Below, in pieces: positions 13,720-28,780 of a stretch of DNA of 64,000 nucleotides. A model generated the notes under the pieces. It saw only the letters and a program-made list of their open reading frames with translations, was not told where the DNA came from and did not search any database. The stretch is from Eledone cirrhosa (taxonomy: Eukaryota). Within the stretch, counting starts at the first letter, position 1. Every line of letters starts with the position of its first letter. Where the stretch lies: contig CAXHJY010000343.1 of NCBI GenBank assembly GCA_964016885.1, forward strand, positions 303,019 to 367,018. Reading direction: 5' to 3'. The translations under genes and the position numbers were made by a program.

Positions 13720-14065
13720 GTTTGTATGTGTCTGTGGTGTGGTATGTGGTGTTGTGGTGTTTTGATGTGGTGTGGTGTGGTGTGTTGTGGTGTGTGTTGT
13801 GGTGTGGTATGTTGTGGTGTGTGGCGTGGTGTGGTATGTGGTGTGTTGTTGTGTGGTGTGTTGTAGTGTGGCATGATGTGTGGTGTGTTGTGGTATGTGG
13901 TGATGGGGTATGTGGTATGTGGTGTGGTGTAGTGTGTTGTGGTGTGGTATATGATGTGGTGTGGTATGCAATGTGGTATGGTATGTGTTGTGGTGTGGTA
14001 TGGCATGATATGGTATGTGGTGTAGTGTCTTGTGGTGTGTGTGTGTGCAAGGTGATGTGTAGTGT
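13720..14065. repeat. (GTGTG/GTGGT)n compound microsatellite
   Basis: Direct inspection; shorter versions lie in paralogous positions at 11565-11690 and 25185-25300. Confidence 0.95.
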
Positions 14066-14824
14066 AAAGAGGAAATTTTACACACCTAGGACCTACAAGG
14101 GGTGTGTGAGGACTCTACCCCCTACAACCCTCTCAGAAATAAATGGGTGAAGAAAAAGAGAAGAAAGTTGTAAAGTATTTTCAAATGTGAATTATTTTTT
14201 TAAAAAGTCAAAATGTCAACTGTCATGAAAGTACCATCCAACAAATATTAAAGTTATGCAATTGATTTTATTTACACATGTGGATATTTTGTCATAAATA
14301 TAAATATAAACCAGTTAAGGTTTACTAAATAAACACATGAACGTTTTTTTTTTTTTTTAAATGATGTAGTCATAGGGGTGTCACTGGACATTTGAAGCTT
14401 GGTGGAGGCCTTCACTCTCCAGGTTAGAACAGTTGATTTCTTCCAGAGGAGAGAGAATAAGAGGTAGGAAGTGAGATAGAAATATAGAGAGGTAAAACAG
14501 ACCCCAGTGATAGACTGGTATTGTTTGTTATCAACCTTGAAAGGATGAAAGAAAGTTGACCTCAGCAGGATTTAAACTCAGAGAACAGAGAACCAGAACA
14601 AATATGGCAGAAAACATTCTATCTATTGTTTTATAGACTTTAAATAAATGTTTCTACTTTTAACTCAAGGCCAGCAATTTGAAGAGAAAGGGGAATGTTG
14701 TGAGAGCTTAACTCAAATCGTGAAGACTGGAAGAGGAGATGACGAAGGAGCGCATTTAGTGGAGAGATGTCATGCTAAGAAGGACCCGTCCAACCCATGC
14801 AGGCATGGATAGTACGTGTAATGA

Positions 14825-15519
14825 TGATACACAAAATATACATATAAATAATATGTATATAGTGTATGTGCTACATATACACAATATATACACTATATAT
14901 ATATATATAAATAATATGTATATAGTGTATGTGCTACATATACACTATATATATATATAATATGTATATAGTGTATGTGCTATATATACACAAAATATAC
15001 ACTATATATATACATATAAATACTATGTATATAGTGTATGTGCTACATATACACAATATATACACTATATATACATATATATATATAGATAGATAAATAT
15101 ACACGGGTGTGTATGATTGTGTATAGAAGATTATATTAATAAAAGGAATTCCAACTTTGTCTGATTTACTCGTTTTATTTACAATCCTTTAAAATGTTAT
15201 AATGGTATTAGAATGAAATAGTTTGGTAGAATATTAAATGTTAAGTGTTCATTGAACAAGTACTTTCATGCTTTCGCAATCTTCAGGTTCATATTGTGTG
15301 GTGACAGTCAAGTTTGTAATTTTCACAGTTGAAAATTGCAAACTTGGCCCGTCCAACCCATGCAAGCATGGAAACGTAGATATAATGATGATACACAAAA
15401 TATACACTATATATACACATATAAATATGTATATAGTGTACGTGCTACATATACACAATATATACACTATATATAAATACTGCATATATAGAGTATATGC
15501 TACATATAGACAATATATA

Positions 15520-15554
<35 letters not shown>

Positions 15555-15850
15555 CTATGTATATAGTGTTTGTGCTACATATACACTATATATATACATA
15601 TAAATATGTATATAGTGTAAGTGCTACTTATACACAATATATACACTATATATATACATATAAATAATATGTATATAGTGTACGGGCTACATATACACAA
15701 TGTATAAACTATATATATAAATACTATGTATATAGTGTAAGTGCTACATATACACAGTATATACACTATATATAAATACTGCATATATAGAGTATATGCT
15801 ACATATAGACAATATATAAACTATATATATACTACATACACATTATATAT
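14825..15850. repeat. ~55-bp TA-rich minisatellite (tatgtatatagtgtatgtgctacatatacacaatatatacac), interrupted at ~15080-15385
   Basis: Repeated unit visible about 10 times; short version at 32495-32640. Confidence 0.9.
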
Positions 15851-17151
15851 AATGTTGTCCAAGGGAATAGCTGAAACAACTTGGCACCAATGACAACATA
15901 GATCATCATTTAATGTCTACTTTCCCTGCTAGCAAGGGTGGGACAGGTCTTTACAAACCAGGTTGCATATGGTCCCACATTCTACTGAGTGTATTTTATT
16001 GTGGCACCAGTACTAAAGAGGTTGTCATGTCTTTGACAGAACTGAAGGGTCCTACCAAACCCTTGTTTGGCAAGAGAAGAAAGTTGTAAAGTATTTTCAA
16101 ATGTGAATTATTTCTAAAAAAAAGTCATAATTTCAACTGTCATGAAAGTACCATCAACAAATATTAAAGTTATAAAATTGTTTATATTTACACATAAATG
16201 TGGATATTTTGTCATAAATGTAAACATAAACCAGTTAGTGTTTGTAAAATACCACATATAAACACATCAATCTTGTTTTGTTTTTCTTGCACTGATGGAG
16301 TCATAGGGGTGTCACTGAGGGCATTTGAAGCTTGGTGGAGCCCTTCACTCACCAGGTTGGAACAGGTGATTTCTTCCAGAGAATGAGAGAGAGGAAGTGA
16401 GAAAGAAATATAGGGAGGAAGAACAGACCCCAGTGGTAGACTGGTACTTTTTTGTTATCAACCTTGAATGGATGAAAGGCAAAGTTGACCTCAGCAGGAT
16501 TTAAACTCAGAGCAGAGAACCAGAACAAATATGGCAGAAAGCATTCCATCCATTGTTTTATAGACTTTAAATAAATGTTTCTACTTTTAACTCAACCCCA
16601 GTGCATTACTGGTACTTTATTTTACTGAACCTGAGGAAGAAGAGTAAAGCTAACCTCAGCAGGTTTTTAATACAGAACGTAAAGGGATGTAACTATATGA
16701 CCCAAAGCATATCGTCTGACACTCTACTGATTCTGCCAATCCACCACCATCACCAATAAAATAAGATTGTGTCTCTATAAGAAACCTTAATGACAAATCT
16801 GAAGTAGAACATTCTACAGAGTGTATTTGTGGATTACAATACAAAACCTGAGAATAATTTCCAACATATTTCACCATAATAAATGTTCATTAATATATAT
16901 TATTTCGTGGCATTCTTGAGATCATTAATCCCTACCTGAACATCCCTAGACATCTGATCTATGTAGGTCATTTTCAGTCATCTCACTAGGGTTTTACTAT
17001 GTTTAGGTATCCACCACAGGAGCCAGCTCATCAGGTCATCCCTTCATTGGTAGGAATGTCTGGCATATCTTGTCCTTCGCTCCCTAGTTATTGTAGTAAT
17101 CTTCAATATATGGCAGTATACTTCTTCCATTTGATAGAGTATATATATATA

Positions 17152-17595
17152 GATGCATATGAAGGATGACAGCTGCATTAAAAGGTGCAGAGCACTAAAT
17201 GTCGCTGAAAGCCTTGGAGTGGGGAGATCCAGGAAGACCCGGGATGAGGTGATAAAAGCTGACCTTGCCCAATTGCACCTCTCAAAAGCGATGACGCAGG
17301 ACGGTGCCCTCTGGCATCATGCAGTAATACAGAAGACCTGACTTCACACGGCTACAAGCCGAAGCTGAAGCATATAGACAAATATGTCCCCATGCCCACC
17401 CACTGCAAAGTGGTCAACAAAAAAGCCCCCAGCCCCCAGAGTAAAGTGGCTGTGTAGGCACCATGGTAAAAAAAGCACCTAGCACACACAGTAAATGAGG
17501 TTTTGTGTTAAGAAGGACATCAAGCTGTAGAAATCAAGCCAAAATCAGTTCCCGTACGAGCAAGATGAGGTCTCATGACGTAAAACGGTGATAAT
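17152..17595 (+). mobile_element. RTE LINE 3' end just downstream of, and antisense to, ZNF paralog 1
   Basis: MKDDSCIKRCRAL..GRSRKT; 3'UTR; paralogous copy at 33483-33988. Confidence 0.85.
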
Positions 17596-17692
17596 AAGTA
17601 TAAGATAAGGATTTTTCAAGCTTCACATTTATATTCTTCCTTCCAGAGTGTGTCTGTATAGTTGTGTGTTTCACATTTCACAGTGATGGAGT

Positions 17693-18808
<1,116 letters not shown>

Positions 18809-19684
18809 TTACATAAAGGAGTCTCACCACTTTTACTGATACATTAAGAAATGTAGGTATCGTTAATAGATGCCATGTATTCTAATATACAAAGGGTCCA
18901 TAAAAGACTGCAGAAGTCTGCTTTCTTCTTCTACAAGTTGTAATATAGCATTTAATTGGTACAAGTAATAAGACATATGTCAGCGTAAGACTGATCTTGG
19001 ATGAAGAAAAGGCAAGTGTTTATATATATATATGTGTGTGTGTGTGTGTGATTATTGTGGAATATACCACTATTATTATTGTTAAGGTGAGAGAAGCTCT
19101 ATTCACAATAAAATCCTCAGCTCATAAAACAGACGAATAAGACTTCTATAGTTAAGGTTCTTGTTATTGGAGACAATTCAGGTGACAAGAGAATTAATAT
19201 CCATAATTTCAAAAGATGAAGGTTAATATATATACATACATACAGACATACAGTGTGTAGGTATGAGAGAGAGAAATAAATGTGTGTGTGTGTGTGTGTG
19301 TAGAAATATGTGTGTAGGTGTTGTAATAAATCAAGATATTTCACTTCAGATAGAAAAGTTCACACTGTTTGTGTTGTGGTGGAAAAGGAAATAATACGTA
19401 CTTTAGTTGTCAAGACCAAATATAAAGTCAAGAAAAGTTAGTAAAAACTAAATGTTCACTGATTTCTGATTAAAATAATATTTTCCTGTCCTGTAAAATG
19501 TTGAACAACCACTTCAATATTTAATAATACAGGTGATAAAACAACAACTATAAGGTAAATAAGTCACCTTATGTTATTTACAAACATTAACGTCCACCTT
19601 AATATGAAATAATCACCATAAAAGATAAAATTAGATGAGGTTTAAGTTGTAACAATGGAGCTGATATAAATGGTAATATTTCAC

Positions 19685-19760
19685 CGTCTAGTTGACACCG
19701 GTGTCATCACTTAAAAGTCCCCCACATAATTTAATACATTCAGAAACAACTTCCGTTATA
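19685..19760 (-). promoter_or_regulatory. Putative TSS/non-coding first exon of ZNF paralog 1 (paralog at 35496-35570)
   Basis: Minus strand starts at ETS-like ACGGAAGT and ends at donor-like gacg|gtgaaa; block conserved in four paralogous positions. Confidence 0.45.
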
Positions 19761-19764
19761 TGAA

Positions 19765-19900
19765 CTAGCAGAAAACCACCCGAAGGGAGCATGTGTAGTG
19801 TGTATATTGATATTATACGCAGGTATGTATGATACATGTATATATATACCTGCGTGTAATATCAATATACACATGCTACCTTCGGGTGGTTTTCTGCTAG
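19765..19900. repeat. ~136-bp palindrome plus adjacent direct copy of part of one arm (paralog at 35575-35716)
   Basis: ctagcagaaaaccacccgaagg...ccttcgggtggttttctgctag; tagcatgtgtagtgtgtatattgatattatacgca repeated directly after it. Confidence 0.92.
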
Positions 19901-19992
19901 CATGTGTAGTGTGTATATTGATATTATACGCAAGTATATATATATACATGTAGATATGATACATTAAATAAAATCGTAATTTACAATATATA

Positions 19993-20181
19993 ATTGTTTC
20001 TACGTTAGGCACAAGGCCAGCAAATACTCAGTGTATTACTGGTACTTTATTTTATCGACCCCGTAAGGATGAAAGGCAAAGTTAACATCGGCGGGATTTG
20101 AACTCAGAATGGCAAGGGCCGTAACTCTATGCGTCAAAGTATGGCGTCCGACCCTCTACCAATACTGCCAATCCACCGCCT
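19993..20181 (-). mobile_element. tRNA-derived SINE with Nin-like central domain (paralog at 35805-35995)
   Basis: Minus strand: ggcggtggattggcag..gagttcaaatccc (A/B boxes), then ctttgcctttcatccttacggggtcgataaaataaagtaccag. Confidence 0.85.
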
Positions 20182-20760
20182 TAAAGTACCAGTAATGAAC
20201 TTGGTATTTGCTGGCCTTGTGCCTAAAGTAGAAACAAATATATAATACACAGAAATTGAACGAAGACTGTGTTACACTGTCTTATGTAATCAGTAACGTA
20301 ATCCATGATACATTAAAAAAGACGATATTATATATAAACTGCATTAGGAGAAAATTAGTGACAGAAAATTAATAGTTTATTGAAGTGATGGCCAACCGGA
20401 AGTGTTGGCATTTCAGAAATTTTAAAGAAGTGAATCTTTAAATAAACAAAATATATTTAATCAACGGCCACGAAATTTAGTAGATAAATTATGTAATATT
20501 CATTAATTATTTATTCAAAGTAATCCAACTTATTTTACTAATGGGATAAACAATTATAAACCGTACAAGTCCCGTACTCATCCTTTTATTATAGTTTAGA
20601 TTCATACGTTCAATAGATATGCTAGTACTTTATTCAGATTTGAATAAATAACGTTATTAATGTTATATAACTGTTCATATTAAACCAAAACACATTATTA
20701 AAGGTAATAAAATATTTAAGTATTGGAAAAAAAAAAAACGAATCAAGCAACGAAAATAAT

Positions 20761-20940
20761 TGTTTCTACTTTTGGCACAAGGCCAGCAATCATCCTAGTG
20801 CATTACTGGTACTTTATTTTATCGACCTCGTAAGGATGAAACGCAAAGTTAACCTCGGCGGGATTTGAACTCAGATCATAAAGGGAGGAAACTCTATGCT
20901 ACAAAGCATGGCGTCCAACGCTCTACCGATACTGCCAATC
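20761..20940 (-). mobile_element. tRNA-derived SINE with 13-bp TSD (paralog at 36529-36706)
   Basis: caacgaaaataat at 20748-20760 and 20941-20953; the homologous site near 32250 lacks the SINE. Confidence 0.88.
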
Positions 20941-21717
20941 CAACGAAAATAATGGGAGAAGGACAGACTTTATATTTCAGTCTGAGCTGTGATTCAGCCC
21001 CACCCTACAGACAAAATGGCAAAGGTGTTACCACAGAGAATAGCCAGAGACACCCACAGCAACATCCACCCCACCTCATGGGACTACTTCCTCAAGGGGG
21101 CTGCTGTCTTTCTAATTTTGAGAAGGAAATCAGCAGTGTGGGGACAAATAGGAAGTGGTTTGTCAGGCCCCGGTATTTAACTATCTCCCTTTTCTCTCTA
21201 TTGCAGGTAGTAAAGCCTGGGTTTGTGGCCGCAGGGAAAATGTAGGAGGCAGAGAATGATACAACCCATGCTAAACCTCCAACTAAAGCTGATACTTGTC
21301 TTTTTCAGCTGTGGAGATTAGAGACATGTGGAATGATGTGTCTTGCTTAAGGACACAATGTACCTCCCTAACTGACAATTGAAAACATGATATTACCATA
21401 TGTTGTATGACTTCACTATACAATATATATGTGTTTGTATACATATATATAGTATATATTTGTGTATACATTGTCTCATTCCATGAGAGTAACTTGGTCT
21501 GTCTATGAACTTCTCATCCGACCCTTCTATATGTATATACATGTTTGTCAGTGTGTGTGTACATATGTATATAGAATATTGTCACAACTACTATATACAC
21601 CACATATACACTATATATAATATTGTCCAATATATATAGACTATATGTCATGTTGTCCAAGGGAAAGGCTGATATAGATCAGCACCAGTGACATTACAAC
21701 TATTATATACACTATAT

Positions 21718-24700
21718 ATCATCATCATCATTATCATTTAACGTCTGTCTTCCACGCTAGCATGGGTTAGACGGGAATTGTCCCACTTGAGGCAAGATTG
21801 ATTGGGTGACCGTGTCTCGCTCGTATAGGACTGTATCTGGCAGGTTTTCTACAGCTGGATGCCCTTCCTAACACCAACCACATTTCCAGAGTGGACTGGG
21901 AGCCTTTTTGTGATGACACCTACACGACCCCTTTAGCTTGGACTGGATGTTGTGGTACCAACATAACTTTACAGAGACAGGGTGGTGTTGGTGGGAGTGG
22001 GAGGATGGAGTAGGGGTGGTGGGTTGGGTGTATATTTGGTTAGGAGGGACCTACTGACTGTAGGTTAACTTTACACATAGGGAAGGCAGGTCTTCTCTGT
22101 TACTGTGTGGCACCATAGATCTCGATCCAGTGACATTGTCTAAGAGAGGTGTAAGTGTGCAAGGTTGGATTTTATGTCGTCCCAGGTTTCTCTGGGTCTA
22201 CCTACTCCGTAACTTCCATCAATTTTGATCACCCTGCACTTTTTTTATAAAGCTGTCATCTTTCATGCGCATCATATGACCATACCAATGTAATCTTCTC
22301 TAAAGTAAACAGCATCTGATCCCTCTTATTCCTAATTTCTCACTTAGTTCGTTTATGTTTTGCCGTTCATGTATATTACAATTACACGTCCAACGGAGCA
22401 TGCATGCTTTGTTCCTTTCCAATCTGTGCAGGTCCTCTGCACACAATGCCCATGTCTCACTGCCATGTAACATTGCTGTTCGTATGCAAGTATCATACAA
22501 TCTGCCTTTCATTTTTAGAGAGAAACTTTTTGTGTCTAGCAGCGGTATAAGCTCTCTGAGCTTTTTCAATCCCATTCTAACTCTGGCTACTACACTTTCA
22601 GAGCACCCTCCACCACTGCTGATTTTGTCACCCAGGCAACAGAAAGTGTCCACTATTTCTATAGAACCATCTGGGCAGTAGAAGGTGCTAGTATCCTGTG
22701 GGTACTTGCTGCTTATTTCACATGAGCATCAGCCACATATAAAATCTACATTCTTAGATAGCTTACCTGTGATCTCACTACATCTTTTATGTACCCATAG
22801 TTTGCATTTGGGACATAGAATGGAATTTATACCTACTCCTTTCCTACACACTGAGCATGGCACCAGTGCCCTATTTTCTTTTCTACATAGTAGACCTTTA
22901 ATCTTAGACAAGTTAACTTTAAGGCCTTTTGATTCAAGTCTATGCCTCCATTTTGGGAATTTCTTGTGTAGTTCAGCCATAGATTTGGCTAGGAGAGTTA
23001 GATCATCTGAATATAGAAGTTCCCGTGGGCAGCTGGTCTTAAACCCCTTTGTTATAGCTTGAAGAGCAATAATAAACAGGAGGAAGCTAAGAAGCCTTGC
23101 TGAACACCTACTTTTACACTAAACTCTTCACTATATTCATTGTTAATTCTAACCTTGCTGACTGTTTCTTTATACATGGCTTGTCTAGCTCTCACAAGCC
23201 ATTCATCTACTCTTACATTTCTAAGGGCCTACCAGATAATGGAGCGGGGGACTCTGTCAAAGGCTTTGTCCAAGTCAACAAAAGCTAAATATAAGGGGTT
23301 TACTTTTAGCTAGGTACTTCTGTAGTTGCTGAACAATGAAAATAGCATCTGTGGTACTTTTACCTGGCACGAACCCAAACTACATTTCATCTAGATCTAT
23401 TTGGTCTCTGATTAGTTGTGCTATAACTCTTTCTGTGACCTTCATGACCTGGTCAACTACCTTAATGCCTCTATAGTTTCCCCTATCTAGAGCATCCCCT
23501 TTACCCTTGTAGCAGTTAACGATGATACTTCTATGCCAGTCATCTGGTATGACCCCATTCTGTATTACTTGGTTTACTATCTGGGTGTCCATAGTATGTC
23601 CCACAATTCCAGATGCTTTCAACATCTCAACAACTATCTCCAAATCCCAGCTGCCTTGCCCGTCTTCATATCTTTGATTGCCTTACTTACTATACTACCA
23701 TTAACTTGCACTGCTGGTCCCTCTATTGGATCGATTTGGGGCAGACTATCTTTTTCCCATTTATTCTCCTCTTTTAGTAGTCCCTCGTAGTGACACTTCC
23801 AAGCTACCTTCTTATCAGTATCAGTGAGGGCAAGTACACCATCATCATTACAGACACACTTCTCCCCAACAATATCACGGTTTTCCTTGACACTTTCTTT
23901 TGCGATCCTGAACACCTCACGTTGTAGAACATGCTTGAACTTTCTATTCTCTGCTTCCCTTCTTGCAGAGTACACTTGTCTCCTAGCTTCTCTCCTGGCC
24001 ACATGATAGTGTTCTCTACTTCCCCCATACTTTCCAAGCCTTCTTTCTGGCCTTGATTGACTCCTCCACCTTACTGTTCCACTTCCAAGTTACTCTCCAC
24101 CTGCCTTTAGGTCTGCTCCAGCCACAGATTTCATCTGTCGCCTGCAGCAGGTTAACTTTCAAGAAGTCCCACTGTTCCTCTATATTGCACGTCTCTAATT
24201 GCTCTTCCTTATTGTCAAAGGCATCAATAAGCTTTTAAATTTGTCACTGGCTATGGGGTCCTTCAACTTCCATACTCTTCTCCTCAAGGTAGGCCTCCTC
24301 TGTCGTCGAGTACCTCTATTCCTGACTTTGAGGTAACTAACTACTAGGCTATGTTGGGAGGTGCATTCTTCACGGGGGAGGGATTTAGTGTTTACAACAG
24401 ACACAGTCACACCTTCTAGTAAGGATATAATATATCTGGCTGGCATATTCCCCTGATCTACAGGTGATCAAGTGATTTTCTCATTTTTGAAGTTTGTGTT
24501 ACAGATAGATTTCTTTATTAGTGTCACAAAATTCCAGGATTCTGGAGCCTTCCTCATTTCTAGTACCAAACCCATAGCCTCCATGGATTCCATCATAGCC
24601 ATCACTATGTTGTCCAACGTGACCATTTAGGTCACCAGCAATAATTATGCAGTCACTGAGGTTTATTTGGGAGGAAGTGAACATTAGCAAATCATAGAAC

Positions 24701-24920
24701 CTGTCTTTTATTACGTCAGGTAGACCAGATTGGGGTACATAAGTGGATATTATTGTCATAGTTGTTCTATTTAGAACTAGTCTTATTTTAATTATTCTGT
24801 TGTTAACTCTATTTATGGCAATTACCTTATCTACCCATTTCTCTGCTAACATAATTCCTACTCCACCCAGCCCTATGTCATTTCCCACCCAGAGAGGTTT
24901 ATAGCATTGTTTTTACCCAC
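21718..24920 (-). mobile_element. RTE LINE, long decayed copy, duplicate of 8160-11345
   Basis: Same private deletions (ENRALVPCSVC lacking PSGKW; HVLQREVF lacking EDQK) and same downstream flank. Confidence 0.93.
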
Positions 24921-26528
24921 ACACCCCTCCACCTACTCTCTTGAACATATAAATACTGTATATATATATATATGATTTCTCTATATATATATATTACATA
25001 CATACACTATATATAATGTTGGTCAAAGAATGGCTGAAACAGATTGACACCAATGATGTCACAGCTCATCATTTAATGTCCAATCTGATGAGTTCCATTC
25101 CACTTGCTAGAGTCTGGGATGTTGAGATTTGTTACACAAATATCACTAAAACTAAGATACTGGGTTGGTATAACTACATGGTTTGTATGTGGTGTGGTGT
25201 GGAATGATGTGTCTGTTGTGGTGTGGTATGTGGTGTATTGTGGTGTTTTGATGTGGTGTGTGTGTGCAGAGTGATGTGTTGTTGTGTGTGTGTAGTGTAT
25301 TGGAGAAATTTTACAAACAGCACGTAGAAGGGGTGTGTGAGGAGTCTAACCCCTACAACCCTCTCAGGAATGGGTGAAGAAAAAGAGAAGAAAATTGTAA
25401 AGTATTTTCAAATGTGAATTATTTTTTAAAAAGTCATAATTTGAATTCTCATGAAAGTACCATCAACAAATATTAAAGTTATAGAATTGGTTTTATTTAC
25501 ACATAAATGTAGATATTTTGTCACAAATATGAATATAAAACAGTTAAGGTTTATAAAATAAACACATTGATCTTGTTTTTTTTATGATGTAGTTATAAGG
25601 GTGCCACTGTGGACATTTGAAGCTTGGTGGAACCCTTCACTCACCAGGTTTGAACAGTTGATTTCTTCCAGAGAAGGAGAGAGGAAGTGAGAAAGAAATA
25701 TGGAGAGGAAGAACAGACCCCAGTGGTAGACTGGTACTTTTTTGTTATCAACCTTGAATGGATGAAAGGCAAAGTTGACCTCAGCAGGATTTAAACCCAG
25801 AGCAGAGAACCAGAACAAATATGGCAGAAAGCATTCCATCCATTGTTTTATAGACTTTAAATAACTGTTTCTACTTTTAACTCAACCCCAGTGCATTACT
25901 GGTACTTTATTTTACTGAACCTCTGAGGAAGAAGAGTAAAGCTAACCTCAGCAGGATTTTAATACAGAATGTAACTTTATGACACAAAGCATATCGTCTG
26001 ACACTCTACTGATTCTGCCAATCCACCACCCTCAACAATGAAATGAGGAGTCTCTATAAGAAACCTTAATGCCAAATAATATGAAGTAGAACTTCATTGT
26101 GGATTACAATACAAAACATCTGAGCATGATTTTCAACATATTTCACCATAATAAATGTTCATCAATATATCTTATTATTATTATCATTTATTAGGTCAGG
26201 TGGATTTGCCAGAACAATTCTACTCTCCTTCTTTAGATGTCATGATCTTCCATGGCATTCCTGAGATCATTAATCTCCAGCTGAACATCCTGTGACATCT
26301 GATCTATGTAGGTCAAACTCAGTCATCCCACTAGGGTCTTACTATGTTTAGGTATCTACCACAGGAGGCAGCTCATCAGGTCATCCTATCCTCAGTAGCA
26401 ATATATATATTTATATATGTATATATATACACACACAGACAGACACACATATATATATTTATTTTCTTCTTTCCAGAGTGTGTCTGTATATTTGTGTGTT
26501 TCACATTTCACAGTGATGGGGTTTATCA

Positions 26529-26780
26529 CTAGTGTTGACTACATTTGTGAACAACCAGCGAAGAATTCCATGTGAAAGATTTCTCACATATTTCATAATG
26601 GAAGGGTTTTTCACCAGTGTGACCCCGTATGTGGATGACAAGATTAGAATTATAAGTGAAAGATTTCCCACATATATCACAATGGAAGGGTTTTTCTCCA
26701 GTGTGTATTTTCTCGTGTGAGGATAGTTTCAGTCTTGAAGAGAAAGTATTCCTACAAATCTCACAGCTATATTCAGACAT
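26529..26780 (-). CDS. C2H2 zinc-finger paralog 2 (83 aa, 3 fingers; third has Cys->Tyr), possibly a pseudogene
   Basis: MSEYSCEIC start and flanks shared with paralogs 1 and 3; upstream homology ends at ~27676, before the putative exon 1. Confidence 0.65.
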   Translation of the reverse strand: MSEYSCEICRNTFSSRLKLSSHEKIHTGEKPFHCDICGKSFTYNSNLVIHIRGHTGEKPFHYEICEKSFTWNSSLVVHKCSQH

Positions 26781-27021
26781 ATTTCTAGCTAGTGATCTTT
26801 ACATAAAGGATTCTCACCACTTCTACTGATACATTAAGATATGTAGATATGGTTAATAGATACCATGTAGTCTAATATACAAAGGGTCCATAAAAGACTG
26901 CAGAACTCCGCTTTCTTCTTCTACAAAGTTGTAATGTAGCATTCAGTTGGTACAAGTAATAAGACATATGACAGCATAAGACTGATCTTAGAGAAAAAAA
27001 GCAAGTGCTTATATATATATA

Positions 27022-27205
27022 TCATAATCATCACCGTTTTAGGTCCGTTCTTCCATTCTAGCATGGGTTAGATGTGTTGTCCTGTTGTGGGCAGTGTCCG
27101 GTCAGCTGACCTTGTCTTGCTCATACGGGAACTGATTCTGGCTTGATTTCTACAGCTGGATGCCCTTCCTAACACCAACCTCATTTACAGTGAGTGCTGG
27201 GTGCT
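27022..27205 (-). mobile_element. RTE/SINE 3' tail fragment in a (TA)n tract
   Basis: Reverse complement of gttggtgttaggaagggcatccagctgtagaaatcaagcc...acccatgctag; absent from paralogs 1 and 3. Confidence 0.8.
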
Positions 27206-27676
27206 TTATATATATATACATATATATAAGTGATTATTGTGGAGTATACCACTATTATTTTTGCTAAAGTGAGAGAAGCTCTATTCATACTAAAATCCTC
27301 AGCTCCCAAAACCGACGAATAAACTTCTATAGTTAAGGTTCTTGTTATTGAGGACAGTTCAGGTGACAAGAGAATTAATATCCATAATTTCAAAAGATGA
27401 AGGTTAATATATATACACATATATATATATATATACAGACATACAGTGTTTACGTATGAGAGAGAGAAATAGACGTGTGTGTAGAAATATGTGTGTACGT
27501 GTTGTAATAATCAAGATATTTCACTTTAGATACTAAAAAGTTCACAATGTTTGTGTTGTGATGGAAAATGAAATAATACGTACTTTAGTTGTCAAATAAA
27601 GTCAAGAAAATTTAGTAAAAACTAATTATTCACAGATTTCTGATTAAAAAAACATTTTCCTGTCCTGTAAAATGAT

Positions 27677-28080
27677 CAGATGGCAGAAGTTGGGCAGTCT
27701 GCTGTTTCTTGTTATGTAATTCTACCGGAATCTCTTCAGGAGCCTTCGAGATGTTGGTCGAGGCAGTGTTGATCTGGTTCTCTATCAGTGTGGGTGTAAT
27801 TCCAGTGACGTCCGAGTAGAGACTGTCGTAGTTGAGATATTGGTGGGCTCGGTTGTTGTAGGCCTCTCTGGTAATAACAAAATTATTTTCCCTTGTCCGA
27901 TGAGAAGTATACAAGATTCTTAGATCTGAGGTTAACTTAGGGTAGCAAGTTGTGGTCTGGAGAGGTTGTGGTGAGTATGTGTGTGTTTTCGTAGGATCTC
28001 GAGAATAAACTCTCACAGTTAAAACTTACCATGACTAACATCCTACAAAAACACACACATACTCCCCAAACCTCTCCAGA
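27677..28080 (-). mobile_element. Decayed Penelope-like RT N-terminal fragment with short terminal inversion
   Basis: Minus strand reads SSDKGK*FC/VITREAYNNRAHQYLNYDSLY, resembling the PLE DKG..V...Y....HL motif; 27956-27997 is inverted at 28040-28080. Confidence 0.5.
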
Positions 28081-28333
28081 GGTGAAAGCAGTGATTCTTT
28101 GCTTAAACTTTAATCTGTTCTTATAATATATATATAACCAAGTGAAAAGATATATACATATATCTTTTCACTTGGTTATATATACAGAGAGAAAGAGCCA
28201 CATATTGTATAGGATATATGATATATTGCTCTTTCTCTCGCTCTATATATATATTTATATTTGTATTTGGTTGTTATGTCTCTCTCTCTCTCTCTCTATC
28301 TATATATATATATCTTTATATTTGGTTGTTATG

Positions 28334-28364
<31 letters not shown>

Positions 28365-28529
28365 CTTTATATTTGGTTGTTATGTCTCTCTCTCTCTCTA
28401 TATATATATATACATATATCTTTGTATTTGGTCGTTATGGCTCTAGATAAAATCTATTGATCTTGCTTATTGAGTAACACAAAATTCTAAACATATTTGA
28501 TGTGTTTTAATTCATTATTTGAGTATATA

Positions 28530-28654
28530 TATATACAGGAAGCAAAACATGTTCTCCTTAGAGAAGATACATAGAAAATGTATAATTTTTTCCTGATATG
28601 TTGGTAGACTAGCAGGCATATATATACGTATGTATATATCATCATTTCATCATT

Positions 28655-28689
<35 letters not shown>

Positions 28690-28780
28690 CATATGTATGC
28701 CTGCTAGTCACTGATCTGTCCAAATTATACAATTTCTCTGTATTTTCTCTAAGGAGAACATGTGTTGCTTCCTGTTATAC
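28530..28780. repeat. Diverged inverted repeat (~100-bp arms) around a (TA)n spacer
   Basis: caggaagcaaaacatgttctccttagagaa...gactagcaggcata versus tatgcctgctagtc...ttctctaaggagaacatgtgttgcttcctg. Confidence 0.8.

Noticed and set aside
20955-21180. Possible exon or mariner transposase relic (DSAPP, WDYF)
   Set aside because: Motifs lie in different frames, are weak, and no TIRs were found.
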